Shown: one piece after another, positions 38,001-47,616 of the stretch | Position numbering within the stretch: position 1 is the stretch's first letter | Layout of the letters: the number at the start of each line of letters is the position of its first letter | The notes under the pieces: model-generated | What the model was told of the DNA's origin: nothing | The model's input: only the letters and a program-made list of their open reading frames with translations | Database searches by the model: none | Translations under genes and position numbers: made by a program | Assembly: GCF_964355755.1 (NCBI RefSeq) | Contig: NC_092673.1 | Location: forward strand, 20,643,648-20,707,647 | Length of the DNA: 64,000 nt | From: Antedon mediterranea | Lineage: Eukaryota > Animalia > Echinodermata | Direction of reading: 5' to 3'

Positions 38001-41000
38001 TGGAGTGTCGTGAAAACCCAGCACCAGACTGAAACCATGCCAGAACAGGTGTGAGTTAGTTTAGAAGGTCTAGTTCACACAAGTTTGTTAATATAATAAA
38101 ATCATTGTTAATAACTTTCCTTAATGTAATGCATTCACATTAAAAGGCATATCCATATGCTTCTCAATGTTAAAGGCAGCTTTGTGTGGTAGCTACGTCA
38201 ACTTTGGTGTTTTTAGATTATATAACGACACAGCTCTTGATGATGCTCTTGCAGTCTTTGTTAAACTATTGATGTCATTGTTACAGAGTGATTTACTTGT
38301 AAGTACTTTTTTTTGACAAAAATGGCTTCACCCCATGGTCCCTGTACCATGTGACACTATGCTCTATATCTGGCATGTAAGACTATTTGTAAATTACAAT
38401 CTGTCCTACAGTAAACTGTAGAGAACCCTGGTATTATTGTAGCAAGGCAATCTTAACAATAGGATGCTGAGCTCCAGAAATTATCAAATGTGGCTGCCAC
38501 ACGATCAGTTCCATGCCCCTTAAAGACACCACCACATGTACTTGGTACAGTACTGTTGGTATTTGTCGCAGCCAGACATAATATCAAATGACTGTTGGTG
38601 TTCCTATCTTGGCAAGGCGAGTTCAGTGTCCTGTTGTAGATTGCTTTGATTGTAGTTATGCTTGCGTTTACACCAGGTATTCCTGTTTGTTTATTATGTG
38701 TTTTCACATTGCTCTCTCGACATGACATTTGTATAAATTTTTTAGAAATTTGGTTTGAGTATGGATTGTAGATATTCCCCTACTGTATGTAGTATTCCCA
38801 ATACAAATATGTTACTTTTACTTTATTATTTTGTAACTATGAACATGCGTATCTAAAATAAAAGTAAAATGTAATGTAAACGTTTTATTTATAATTTACA
38901 GGATTACCCAAAGCTTAGTCAGTCATACTACACGTTACTAGAATGTTTATCACAAGATCACATGGACTTTATCAGTAGCCTTGAACCACCAGTCTTCCTC
39001 TCAATCTTGGGTTCAATATCTGAGGGTCTTACTGCCCTAGGTAAGATCAGTCGCAACTACCTCGGTAAAGTATTGAATCATTTCACATTCTGATTGCCAG
39101 CCTGGAGTGATTGTTGCTTTATCCTTCAGCTTCCTGGTATCTCTTAACATGTTATGTTAAAAACTTTTTTATTTTTAACAGATAATGTTTTTGCTTGGAA
39201 ATTTAATTTACTAACATTGACTTTCCACTATTGAGAGAAATAGCCATAGTTCAGATAACTAGCCTATTATTTTTTCTCTTTCGTGGGTTTAGCCCACTTT
39301 TGTTCATTATTCCATTCCATGAAAAAGATATACAAAGATTTATGTAATAATAATATGGTTAAAAGAGATATTGTATCTTTTCATTAACATAACATAATTG
39401 GTTATATTGGCACATACCCTCTTATAAAATTTGGCCAACGTATTGAAGCATTGTTTTTTTTTATTTCTATATTTCTTTCTTTTTCATCTTTCTGTTTTAT
39501 AGGTAAAACAAGTAGTTTTATGTGTCAACATATCACTGTACAAACCAGATAAATAATTATTGATTAATTAACATACTTCCTTTTAAAAAATCAATTCAGC
39601 ATGTGCATTTGGATATTATCAGCTAACCACAATTTATGTTATGATTTTAATGTTAAATTTATTTACAACCTTTTGATATATCATACCTAACCAATGATGT
39701 ACTTAAAACTAAATAAGATTAGTATTTTGGGATTTGATTTGGTTTACAAATTTTAATTAATATAACTTGCTTGCAGACTTTTCCTAACATACAATGCGAT
39801 GCTATGTCTGATAAATCTTGTAAAACAAAACAACTGGAATGTACAATATATTAGCTAAGAGTCTGCATACTTTATTATGAAGGTAGTGATGTAATAAGTG
39901 GTAAAACGAATTCAAAATGATGTTCTGAAGGCTTAATAGTATATAGCAGATCCAGTGCCGTTTAAGGCCTATTTACACAGACAAATTAAGCGGTAACGAT
40001 AAGTTGTTACAGTAAGCGAGAAACTGCGTAGCTTTTCCCATTTACACAGCGCATGGAATTTGAGAGCAGTGTGGTGGAAAATAGATGCTTGTAGGTCTTG
40101 ACGCTTATGCATGTTGCAGGCACTGCTGGACTTGACATATACTGACTGTCCTGTCCCAGGCCTGGTCTTATTTTTAGAGGGCTAGCATTCATCAACACTT
40201 GTTGCCTAAACATCCCAAATCTATTTTTTTGTACACTATCCATATATAACAATCAGTCGCGTCATATATTTTTGTAAGAATTTCTGAAACTAGGCTATGG
40301 TAGGCCTACTATGGCACTTTTATTATCGACATCTTGGACTCGACGGACACATGCTGAAAATTTGTTGGTAGATGATGTCATATCAATCATGTTGATTGGC
40401 CAGAATCCATGATTACTGCGCGGTATTTGGAAAAAATAGAGTCTGTTTCAATCCTGAGCGGATTTCTGCTTAACCGCCCATCCACTCCGCATTCTGTGTT
40501 AATAGAAATAGAATAGATTCTAGTTTTCTTGTAGTCTTACATTACCGCTTACTGTTACTGTGTAAATTGGCCTTTAGTTTGGTTCTGCCTGGTGCAATGT
40601 AAACAATGTGTCATGGATTTAATTGTGCTGGATGAAGGAGGTGGGCAGGCAGGCAGGCAGGCATACACACCAGTCCCCAACTCCCACCCCACCCCAAAAT
40701 GTATTTTCAGAACAGTATTCAGATTCAGGTTAACAATGGGCGATAATTGAATTGATTTTCTAGATACAATGGTATGTACAGGTTGCTGTGCCACTCTAGA
40801 CCACATTGTGACTTACCTATTTAAGAAACTGTCCAAGTCTAGCAAGAAGCGACCTGGCACTCAACTTGAGAACACATCGTTCCTTAGAATATTAGAATTA
40901 CATCCACAAATATTTCAACAGGTAAGTATCGCTGTAATTAATTGTGTTGTAATTTTTGTAATGTTTGTAATGTAACTGCCTAGTTACATTCAAAAGGACG

Positions 41001-43269
41001 GAAGCATTAGGAAGTGTATTACCCGGACACTTATAGTTTACTAGGGCTGAACAAATTAGAATTTGTAAACTTAGACTGGGTATGCGCAAACCCCAGAGCA
41101 CGTCTGGTCGTGTTGTTGTAGATGGATATGATATATTTTCATTTAAGTATAATTATATATTTTTGTATAATTCAACCCAAAAATAAAAGTATTTTATCGT
41201 TTAAGAGAGTCTGTGAGATGTATGCAGACAGTAGTCTGTAAGAACTGTTAAATAAACAAGTCATTTTGGCTGTGAACATAGGTCAAGTATAATATGATCA
41301 GTTTATCATTAAATAATGAAACAATCTTTCTTCTATAAATATTTTGGCGAATGGTGTGTATACAGTAGATAAAGAATTGTTTGTTTAGTGAGTATTTTTG
41401 TCGAAATCAATTTTTTTTTAAACTTAAAAATGTGATTTTATTTGTGTGATGAACTACCCATTGCTGAGTAGGCAAACAAATTTATGAAATTTGTGTTATT
41501 GTTTTCCTTTAGATGTTGTCGACTGTGCTGAATATTATAATGTTTGAAGATTGCCGTAACCAGTGGTCAATGTCAAGGCCGTTGCTAGGCCTTATAACCC
41601 TCAATGAAGAGGTTAGTGTCGTGTATATTATTGCACATACAGCTCATATTTCTGAATGCAAATTTAAATAAAGGAGTAACCTACTGTACTGGGCTGAATT
41701 ACGCACAGATGTGGACAACTTTCTTCTCCCGTAAGGGTCCCTTCGTGTCGAATGCTGCCACCAAACAGCGCCCGGTGTAATCCCCTACTGGGTTCTTTAA
41801 AGATAGATGTGTACACTGGACCTACAGTTTTGAGTAGTTATCTGAAAAGACTTGTTCTAACACCAGAACAATGGTCGGGGGTGCTTTAAACCTGTGCCGA
41901 TTGTATAGCTATGGTTTGTGGCGGCCAATTGTTTGCCACGAATTGCAACCTTCCCCCTGATGTCCAAGGATGGAATCCACCACTTAAATGTTTGTTTTGA
42001 GGACAGAGTATGTCCACAGATCTTAATACTATTGCAATTTTTAATTTATAGTTCTTAAGGTATTGTATAACATTTGTATTTCAAGTTAAATACGCATTTA
42101 GTATTAACACTATTACTTGTACTTGGTAAGTTTTATATTTTTGGTGGTTATAATTATGTATATTTCTTTTATAGTATTTTGATAATTTACGCAAAACAAT
42201 TACAACTGCTCAGCCCCCTGAAAAGCAGGAAGCAATGCACCGTTGTTTTGAGAACCTCATGGATGGCATCGAGAGGAACCTACTCACAAAAAATAGAGAC
42301 AGGTATGTATTGGAGTTTCTTATCTATTCAAACCTGGGCTCAAATCATCAATTAACAAACAGTTGTTAAGATGGTACAGTATATAAGAACTTTCCGCTAC
42401 TTATTATTGTACTGATGATGAGAAATGGTTCTTGAAACATGTCTGAGCTCAATTTAAATACTGTTTGGATTCTTATTATGCCATGTTTTATTTATGCTTA
42501 TCCATAATTTTTTATTATCTTGATTATTGATTATCTTTAGTATTGATTATCTTGATAAATGATTATCTTGATTAATGATCATCTTGATTATTGATTATCT
42601 TACTAATTGATTATGTTGCTAATTGATTATATTGATTATCTTTATTATTGATTATCTTGCTAATTGATTATCTTGATTATTGATTATCTTGCTAATCAAT
42701 TATCTTGCTAATTGATTATCTTGATTATTGATTATCCTGATTATTGATTATCTTGCTAATCAATTATCTTGCTAATTGATTATCTTGATTATTGATTATC
42801 CTGATTATTGATTATCTTGATTATAATATTGTATGCTAATTGAGTATTTTGATTATTGATTATCTTGATTATTGATTATCATGATTATTTATTATTTTGC
42901 TACTTGATTATATTGATTATTGATCATCTTACTAATTGATTATCTTGCTAATAAATTATTTTAATTATTTATTATCTTGATTATTATTTATTGATTATTT
43001 TGCTTATTGATTAAAGAAGAAGAAGAATAATCTTTTCATATTAAATATTTTTAAACAAAATTTCCAAATAATTACATTTAAGAACAGTGTTATCTTAGGG
43101 CCCATTTAATATAGCAAAATAATATTTCTACTGATTGTGTTTTTCACTTTGATTTATTTTCAGATTCACACAGAATTTATCAATATTTAGAAGGGATGTG
43201 AATGATTCGTTAAAATCAACTTCTACGACAACCACAGTAGTAATTCAGAACTCGGACATGATGAGCTAA
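20025..43269 (+). CDS. XPO7: Exportin-7 (XPO7/RANBP16-RANBP17 family), 27 exons, ~1094 aa
   Basis: Exons 20025-20042, 21742-21888, 23348-23441, 23797-23867, 24190-24285, 24528-24593, 25154-25258, 25962-26000, 26167-26293, 26646-26719, 27449-27568, 27907-28053, 29220-29450, 29999-30131, 30525-30630, 31410-31619, 32154-32298, 35361-35591, 35956-36044, 36569-36759, 37477-37531, 38139-38298, 38902-39040, 40764-40921, 41513-41611, 42175-42302, 43164-43269 join in frame (3285 nt). Motifs: [110 protein letters not shown]. Confidence 0.96.
21343..21595 (-). mobile_element. 5S rRNA-derived SINE (SINE3-like), copy B
   Basis: Minus strand GGGCCCGGTTAGAGCTTGGTGGAAGACCATCTGGGAATATCGGGTGCTGTA matches the 3' half of 5S. 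It shares the post-5S segment and tail with the copy at 31026-31325. Confidence 0.75.
22018..22660 (-). mobile_element. Helentron-associated interspersed element (HINE/DINE-1-like)
   Basis: Minus strand: TT-ACCTCCGCCAAGGAGGT 5' palindrome/subTIR, (TGTT)n microsatellite, then GGCGGAGGT subTIR + hairpin CACTC-TCG-GAGTG + CTAGTT at the 3' end. Confidence 0.85.
23493..23699. mobile_element. PIF/Harbinger-like MITE
   Basis: TIR AGGCCAACTCAGACAG / CTGTCTGAGTTGGCCT with TAA/TAT flanks. Confidence 0.7.
23908..24067 (+). mobile_element. PIF/Harbinger-type MITE, family A
   Basis: TAA|AGCTCTG ... GTGTAGACAGAGCT|TTA. Confidence 0.8.
24813..25013 (-). mobile_element. PIF/Harbinger-type MITE, family A
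   Basis: TTA|AGCTCTGTCTACACTA ... TTTGATAGTTTAGACAAGACT|TTA; internal 19-20-bp repeats are expanded. Confidence 0.8.
26428..26602. repeat. ~30-bp degenerate tandem repeat
   Basis: AATCATTTTCATGGG(G/A)ATTCCC... repeated about 6 times. Confidence 0.8.
28164..28400 (+). mobile_element. Penelope-like element terminal-repeat remnant carrying a hammerhead motif, inserted in a TA-rich microsatellite
   Basis: Flanked on both sides by TA-rich microsatellite; homologous copy at ~52055-52200; contains CTGACGA...GAAA-GCTC. Confidence 0.6.
28230..28270 (+). ncRNA. Minimal type-I hammerhead ribozyme motif (Penelope-type)
   Basis: TTGCA-CTGACGA-A-GGGC-TAGTATT-GCCC-GAAA-GC-TC-TGCTA: intact core, stem II GGGC/GCCC, palindromic AGCT in place of stem III, stem I GCA/TGC. 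Confidence 0.75.
31026..31325 (-). mobile_element. 5S rRNA-derived SINE (SINE3-like), copy A
   Basis: Minus strand ...GATCATCTAAGTTAAGCAACGTTGAGCCCGGTTATAGCTTGGATGGGAGACCATTTGGGAATATCAAGTGCTGTA retains the 5S A/IE/C boxes (31208-31325). It continues into a non-5S body with no oligo-T terminator. Confidence 0.8.
32396..34925. mobile_element. 2.5-kb non-autonomous hAT-like DNA transposon with 6-bp TSD
   Basis: TIR CAGGCCTCGAATTT / AAATTCGAGGCCTG; direct repeat CTAAAG at 32390-32395 and 34926-34931; subterminal GGGCACC-containing repeats. Confidence 0.8.
33102..33940 (-). mobile_element. Non-autonomous PIF/Harbinger element with Myb/SANT-like ORF remnant
   Basis: TIR AGCCCCTTTCTCACAG at both ends; 3-bp TSD TCT; minus-strand [21 protein letters not shown] (~33585-33650) resembles the Harbinger Myb/SANT-like DNA-binding N-terminus. 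Confidence 0.8.
34932..35110 (+). mobile_element. Deu/Nin-domain-like SINE (3' part; tRNA-like A-box at ~32351-32369)
   Basis: GTCTTCTCGGA..CTATAAACCGTAGGTCC..GCAC..AAAGAAC..GAGTAG.GGGG..CCCCGG resembles the conserved Deu/Nin central domain. Copies at 53340-53482 (+) and 41765-41890 (-). Confidence 0.7.
36045..36568 (+). other. U12-type GT-AG intron (XPO7 intron 19)
   Basis: 5' splice site GTATCCTTT; branch TTTCTTAAC at 36548-36556, 12 nt before the intron end; no polypyrimidine tract; splicing restores FDWI|YP. Confidence 0.9.
36263..36340 (+). mobile_element. CORE-SINE-like fragment
   Basis: GTATCCTTAGGCAA.A.ACTTTAC...TTGCCTCTCTTCACTCAG...AAATGGGTACC; a similar fragment lies at ~16990-17025. 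Confidence 0.45.
37532..38138 (+). other. U12-type AT-AC intron (XPO7 intron 21)
   Basis: 5' splice site ATATCCTTT; branch TTTCCTTAAT at 38116-38125; ends CATTCAC; splicing restores YRMK|LKGISICF. Confidence 0.93.
37547..37694 (+). mobile_element. PIF/Harbinger-type MITE, family A, inside the AT-AC intron
   Basis: CTCTGTCTACATTATCAAACTTTATGTGA ... CTAGTTTGATAGTGTAAATAAAGCT. Confidence 0.75.
39965..40573. mobile_element. PIF/Harbinger-like MITE
   Basis: TTA|AGGCCTATTTACACAG ... CTGTGTAAATTGGCCT|TTA. Confidence 0.75.
42408..42448 (+). ncRNA. Minimal hammerhead ribozyme-like motif (second family)
   Basis: CTGATGA-T-GAGAA-ATGG-TTCTT-GAAA-CATG-TC: core intact, palindromic ACATGT stem III; stem I is weak. 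Confidence 0.55.
42510..43012. repeat. Degenerate TTGATTA/TTGATTATC simple repeat
   Basis: Mixed 7- and 9-bp units over ~500 bp in XPO7 intron 26. Confidence 0.9.
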
Positions 43270-43981
43270 GACAGACTAGAGCAACTTTTTTTACCTTGTA
43301 TATGTGTTATTTCCAAAGAAGAAACAAGTTACTTTATCTTATTATCCTGATTCAATGATTTGTACTTGATGATGTCAATGAAAGGTTGAAGAAGAGGTAC
43401 ATGAAAACGTGACGGGACGGTTACAATCAGTTATATTGATGCAAATATTTGTTGATTTGAGAAGAGGAAGCGTTGATCTAAATCTGAGGATAAAAGAAAT
43501 GGATGTGTTCTGATGCCTAGAACAAACAAGTTATGTGCATATCAGGTGATTACAATGTTCATGCTGATAACAATTTGCAAAAATTGGAAAGCTCTCTAAT
43601 ATACACTACCATACTTTACCAAACATGTTTGCAAGTGCTGAGTTTATCACTGTGATTCCTGTCTAGGCCAGTTCCTGTAGGCATTTTGTCAAGAAGGTGT
43701 GCATTGCCTAACTTCTGCAAACTAGTTCAACTGGTCTACACTAGCACACTTTGGAAAATGTTTCTTGCAAAACTTTGTGTTTGCTTGAGTTTGAAAACTA
43801 AAGTCTGCTAGAGTAGACTAAGTCTAGTGGAAATAGTGTTGTGTATAAACATGTGTACTGGAACAAGAAGAAGTTAATTATTAAAATTACAATACACTCA
43901 GAAAATATGTAGATTATTATTAGTTAGCAATAATTTTAAATACTGAAATGTGAATGTTGAAAAGTGTTGAATGCAAATATT

Positions 43982-44222
43982 GATACATACTGGTAAAATA
44001 GCCTAGCATAACTTGAGTTAGCACACACAGATACATACTGGTAAAATAGCTTAGCATAACTTGAGTTAGCACACACAGATACATACTGGTAAAATAGCCT
44101 AGCATAACTTGAGTTAGCACACACAGATACATACTGGTAAAATAGCCTAGCATAACTTGAGTTAGCACACACAGATACATACTGGTAAAATAGCCTAGCA
44201 TAACTTGAGTTAGCACACACAG
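43982..44222. repeat. 48-bp tandem repeat, 5 copies, downstream of the XPO7 stop
   Basis: Unit GATACATACTGGTAAAATAGCCTAGCATAACTTGAGTTAGCACACACA. Confidence 0.95.
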
Positions 44223-45870
44223 GGTCTCAAAACAGGCACTTTGTGTGGAGATGTAAGAAAGTTACAAGCATCAAGATATTATAGTGTCTTGAATACAAGG
44301 CAAATGTAAGAACAATTATGTTGAATAGTTTACAAAACTTCAAAATTAACGAAATGCCTAATAAAATGAATTGTTACAATGAAATCAAATGACATGTAAA
44401 TTTATTGCTAATCAAGTTGTTTTAATTGAGGAACAATTTTCTGGATTTCATGTATTCTCCCTAGATTATAATACGAGAAACCCTCCACATCTCCCTGGAT
44501 TTTAATATGAGAAACCCTCCACAGCTTCCTAGATTTTAGTATCGGAAACCCTCCATGAATTTCACCTGCAAATCTGTGCGTTATATCAAACTCCTTGCTC
44601 ATGCTTTAATATTAAAATAATATTTGAAAACTTATTACATAAAATGATGTGTTTATTCTAATTTTGATATGTTTCATTTTTTTTTAAATTGTGATTGTGT
44701 TAAATTAAGCTTTTTTATCCTGTTTTTGATCATGTAGGCTTGAAAAGCAGTATTATTTGTATATTGAAATAGCAGGTGTAAGTTGAAATAGTGGGTGTAA
44801 GTTGAATTGATGGAATTACGTTCAAATAGTGGGTGTAAGTGGAATTGATGGACATACTTATACATTGAGAAGGTTGAAAGTTTAAATAATAGGTATACTT
44901 GGAATGAAGTCTTTTGTTGTATCATATTACAATGTGTGTAAAATGCAATTTATCTCACAGAATGAAAACAAGATTTTGTTTTTATTATAAGGTGTGTATA
45001 TGATGCTAGATTAGATGTTGAATGTGTGTGAAATGATACAGCCTGAAAAAATTAAGAATTCAATTTAATATCAACAATTTTCTATTTGTTAATTGCCAGA
45101 AAAAAATGATATCACAGTTACACACAGTAATCACAATAATAAACAGAAATAAAAGAAATCATGCCAACACTTGTCCAAATTATGAATATATTTATGAAGT
45201 TAAAATTGCGGATTTAATTATATCCACAGTATGTTTTTTTCACTTACAGTTTGTGCTTTATGTATCCAGTGTTTATACTACATGTTTTTGTTTTCTGAGA
45301 GTGAGAGATTAGAATTGGATATATACATTTTTCAATAAAGGATATGTAAAGATATACTCTACTGAAGAAAACTGTTTGTAGACTATTTAATTTGTGCTAA
45401 AACTATTGTAGGCCTAGTCCTTACATTAAATTGAAATAGGCCCACAGTCAGAAACATATGGGATATACCGTATACAGTATTGGTACATATGCACCATCCT
45501 ATATCATTCTAGAACTTGGCCTAATAATGCCTGTATATTATTTGCCTCTCGGGTATTCACAATGTCATGCGCTTCGCACTATTTTAAATACCCTCGAGTG
45601 TGCCACATCTCCACTAACGCACTATGACTTGTGCATTATTTGTATAGTAACCAATTCTGTAAAAAAAGGTCAAAATTGTGCAATTTTTTTGAAAACTGCA
45701 TTTTCCGACCCTTTTGTTTATTGATAATATTGAATCTATATGACACATACATTATTATATACAGTAGCAATTATCGCATTAATTGAATTTGAAGAAGTCC
45801 ATATTTTTGTTATTTTTCAACTACACCCTCCCCCTTTGAACACAACTACCTCTTAATACAACTAACCCAA

Positions 45871-46480
45871 GGTAGTTGTCTAGGTGGTAATTGCCCAGAT
45901 GGACATTGTCCAGCAGGTAATTGCCAAGATGGTCATTGTCCAGCAAGTAGTTGCCCAGATGGACATTGTCCAGCAGGTAATTGCCAAGGTGGTCATTGTC
46001 CAGCAGGTAGTTACCCAGATTGTCATTGTCCAGCAGGTAATTGCCAAGATGGTCATTGTCCAGCAGGTAGTTGCCCAGATGGTCATTGTCCAGCAGGTAA
46101 TTGCCAAGATGGTTATTGTCCAGCAAGTAGTTGCCCAGATGGACATTGTCCAGCAGGTAATTGCCAAGATGGTCATTGTCCAGCAAGTAGTTGCCCAGAT
46201 GGACATTGTCCAGCAAGTAGTTGCCAAGATGGTTATTGTCCAGCAGGTAGTTACCCAGATTGTCATTGTCCAGCAGGTAATTGCCAAGATGGTCATTGTC
46301 CAGCAGGTAGTTGCGCAGATGTTCACTGTCCAGCAGGTAGTGTTTCAGGTGTAGTAGTGGTAATTTTCTGGGTTGTCCAGGGGGTAGTTTTCACATGTAG
46401 TACAGTAATAGTAATTGTTTGGGTTTTCCAGGTGGTCATTGTCCATAGTTATGCAGGTTGTACTTGTCTTGGTGGTCATT
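45871..46480. repeat. 30-bp tandem repeat (two related 15-mers), ~16 copies with degenerate flanks
   Basis: Unit GGTCATTGTCCAGCA-GGTAATTGCCAAGAT; an inverted ACAACTACC motif lies at the left flank. Confidence 0.93.
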
Positions 46481-47443
46481 GTACAGAATTTGAGTTAATG
46501 TGTTTTTATTCAATACAACTGTAGTATGATAAAGATCAGCTTTCATCACTAAGAAACAACTATACACTCCAATATCACTTTTATAAAAAATTTAATATAC
46601 ATTTGTTAACATGAAACATGATACAATACAATGGTTGAAAATCTTCAATATTATACAGACAAGAGTAAGAAAAGAAAACCGATTTGCTGTTGTACAGAGA
46701 GATAGTTCATTTTAACATGTTTTGTTGTGCATTCCTTTAACACCTGTACAGAGTACTATACCATTACAGTAAGAAATTCAACATAAAGACAAGATCTAAA
46801 ATTAAACTAACTTGCATTTTAAAATCATTTTATGACTGCAGTTTAACATTATACATATTTCTTAAGAAGCGTTCAAAGCAACTGAACATCAATTATTTTA
46901 CAAGATTACAGAATCTTGTGAGGGTACAGTGTGCCATAATTATTCTCCAGTGGTTTGAATAATATTGCGTGCTGTTAATAACCAAAACACCCTGCGGTTA
47001 AATGCAAAAAAGTTGCAATAACCCAAGTGTACCAATTCACTAATCACACAAGTGACATATTTCCCTTAAACATGAAGTATTTCACTTTACTCAGGGAATT
47101 TTATTCACTTAGATACTAGGACATTTTTTTTTAGGGCGTTTTCCTTAGCCTTTTCAATAAATATCAATTAATTATTTCCAAGACCCTCAAGATGAATATA
47201 ATAATACTAAAAGTAACTACATCAATTGCCCTGCAATTAAGGGTGTCTGAGGGCATATTGGCGCCACCAAAAAGGAAGGGTAAGCACGGGATAGATAGGG
47301 AATATCTCGAATACATTCCACTGTTAAGATTAAAGTAAGGTGATCGTGTTGGACATTGAATAAAGTTTTGATGGAACCAATTGTACAATTTGTTTCCTGA
47401 AAACATCTATAATACATTATCATCATCTTCAACATTGTCCTAA

Positions 47444-47567
47444 AGCTTTGTCTACACTATCAAACTTTATGTGACAACAAAATGTGATGTGCCCATGGAC
47501 ATGATGATATCATATCACTACCATATTTGGGGACATCACACTTTTTTTGATAGTGCAGACACAGCTC
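47444..47567 (+). mobile_element. PIF/Harbinger-type MITE, family A, just 3' of the PUF60 stop
   Basis: TAA|AGCTTTGTCTACACTATCAAAC ... TTTGATAGTGCAGACACAGCT. Confidence 0.75.
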
Positions 47568-47616
47568 TACATATTACAGTATTATTATACATGATACAAT
47601 TACAGTATTTCTTTAA

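Noticed and set aside
43920-44220. Two repetitive minus-strand ORFs
   Set aside because: Translations of the 48-bp array.
45821-46354. Repetitive ORFs on both strands (LLDNDHLGNY, TTCWTM, VIVQQV repeats)
   Set aside because: By-products of a 30-bp tandem repeat that is open in several frames; no splice context or recognisable domain.
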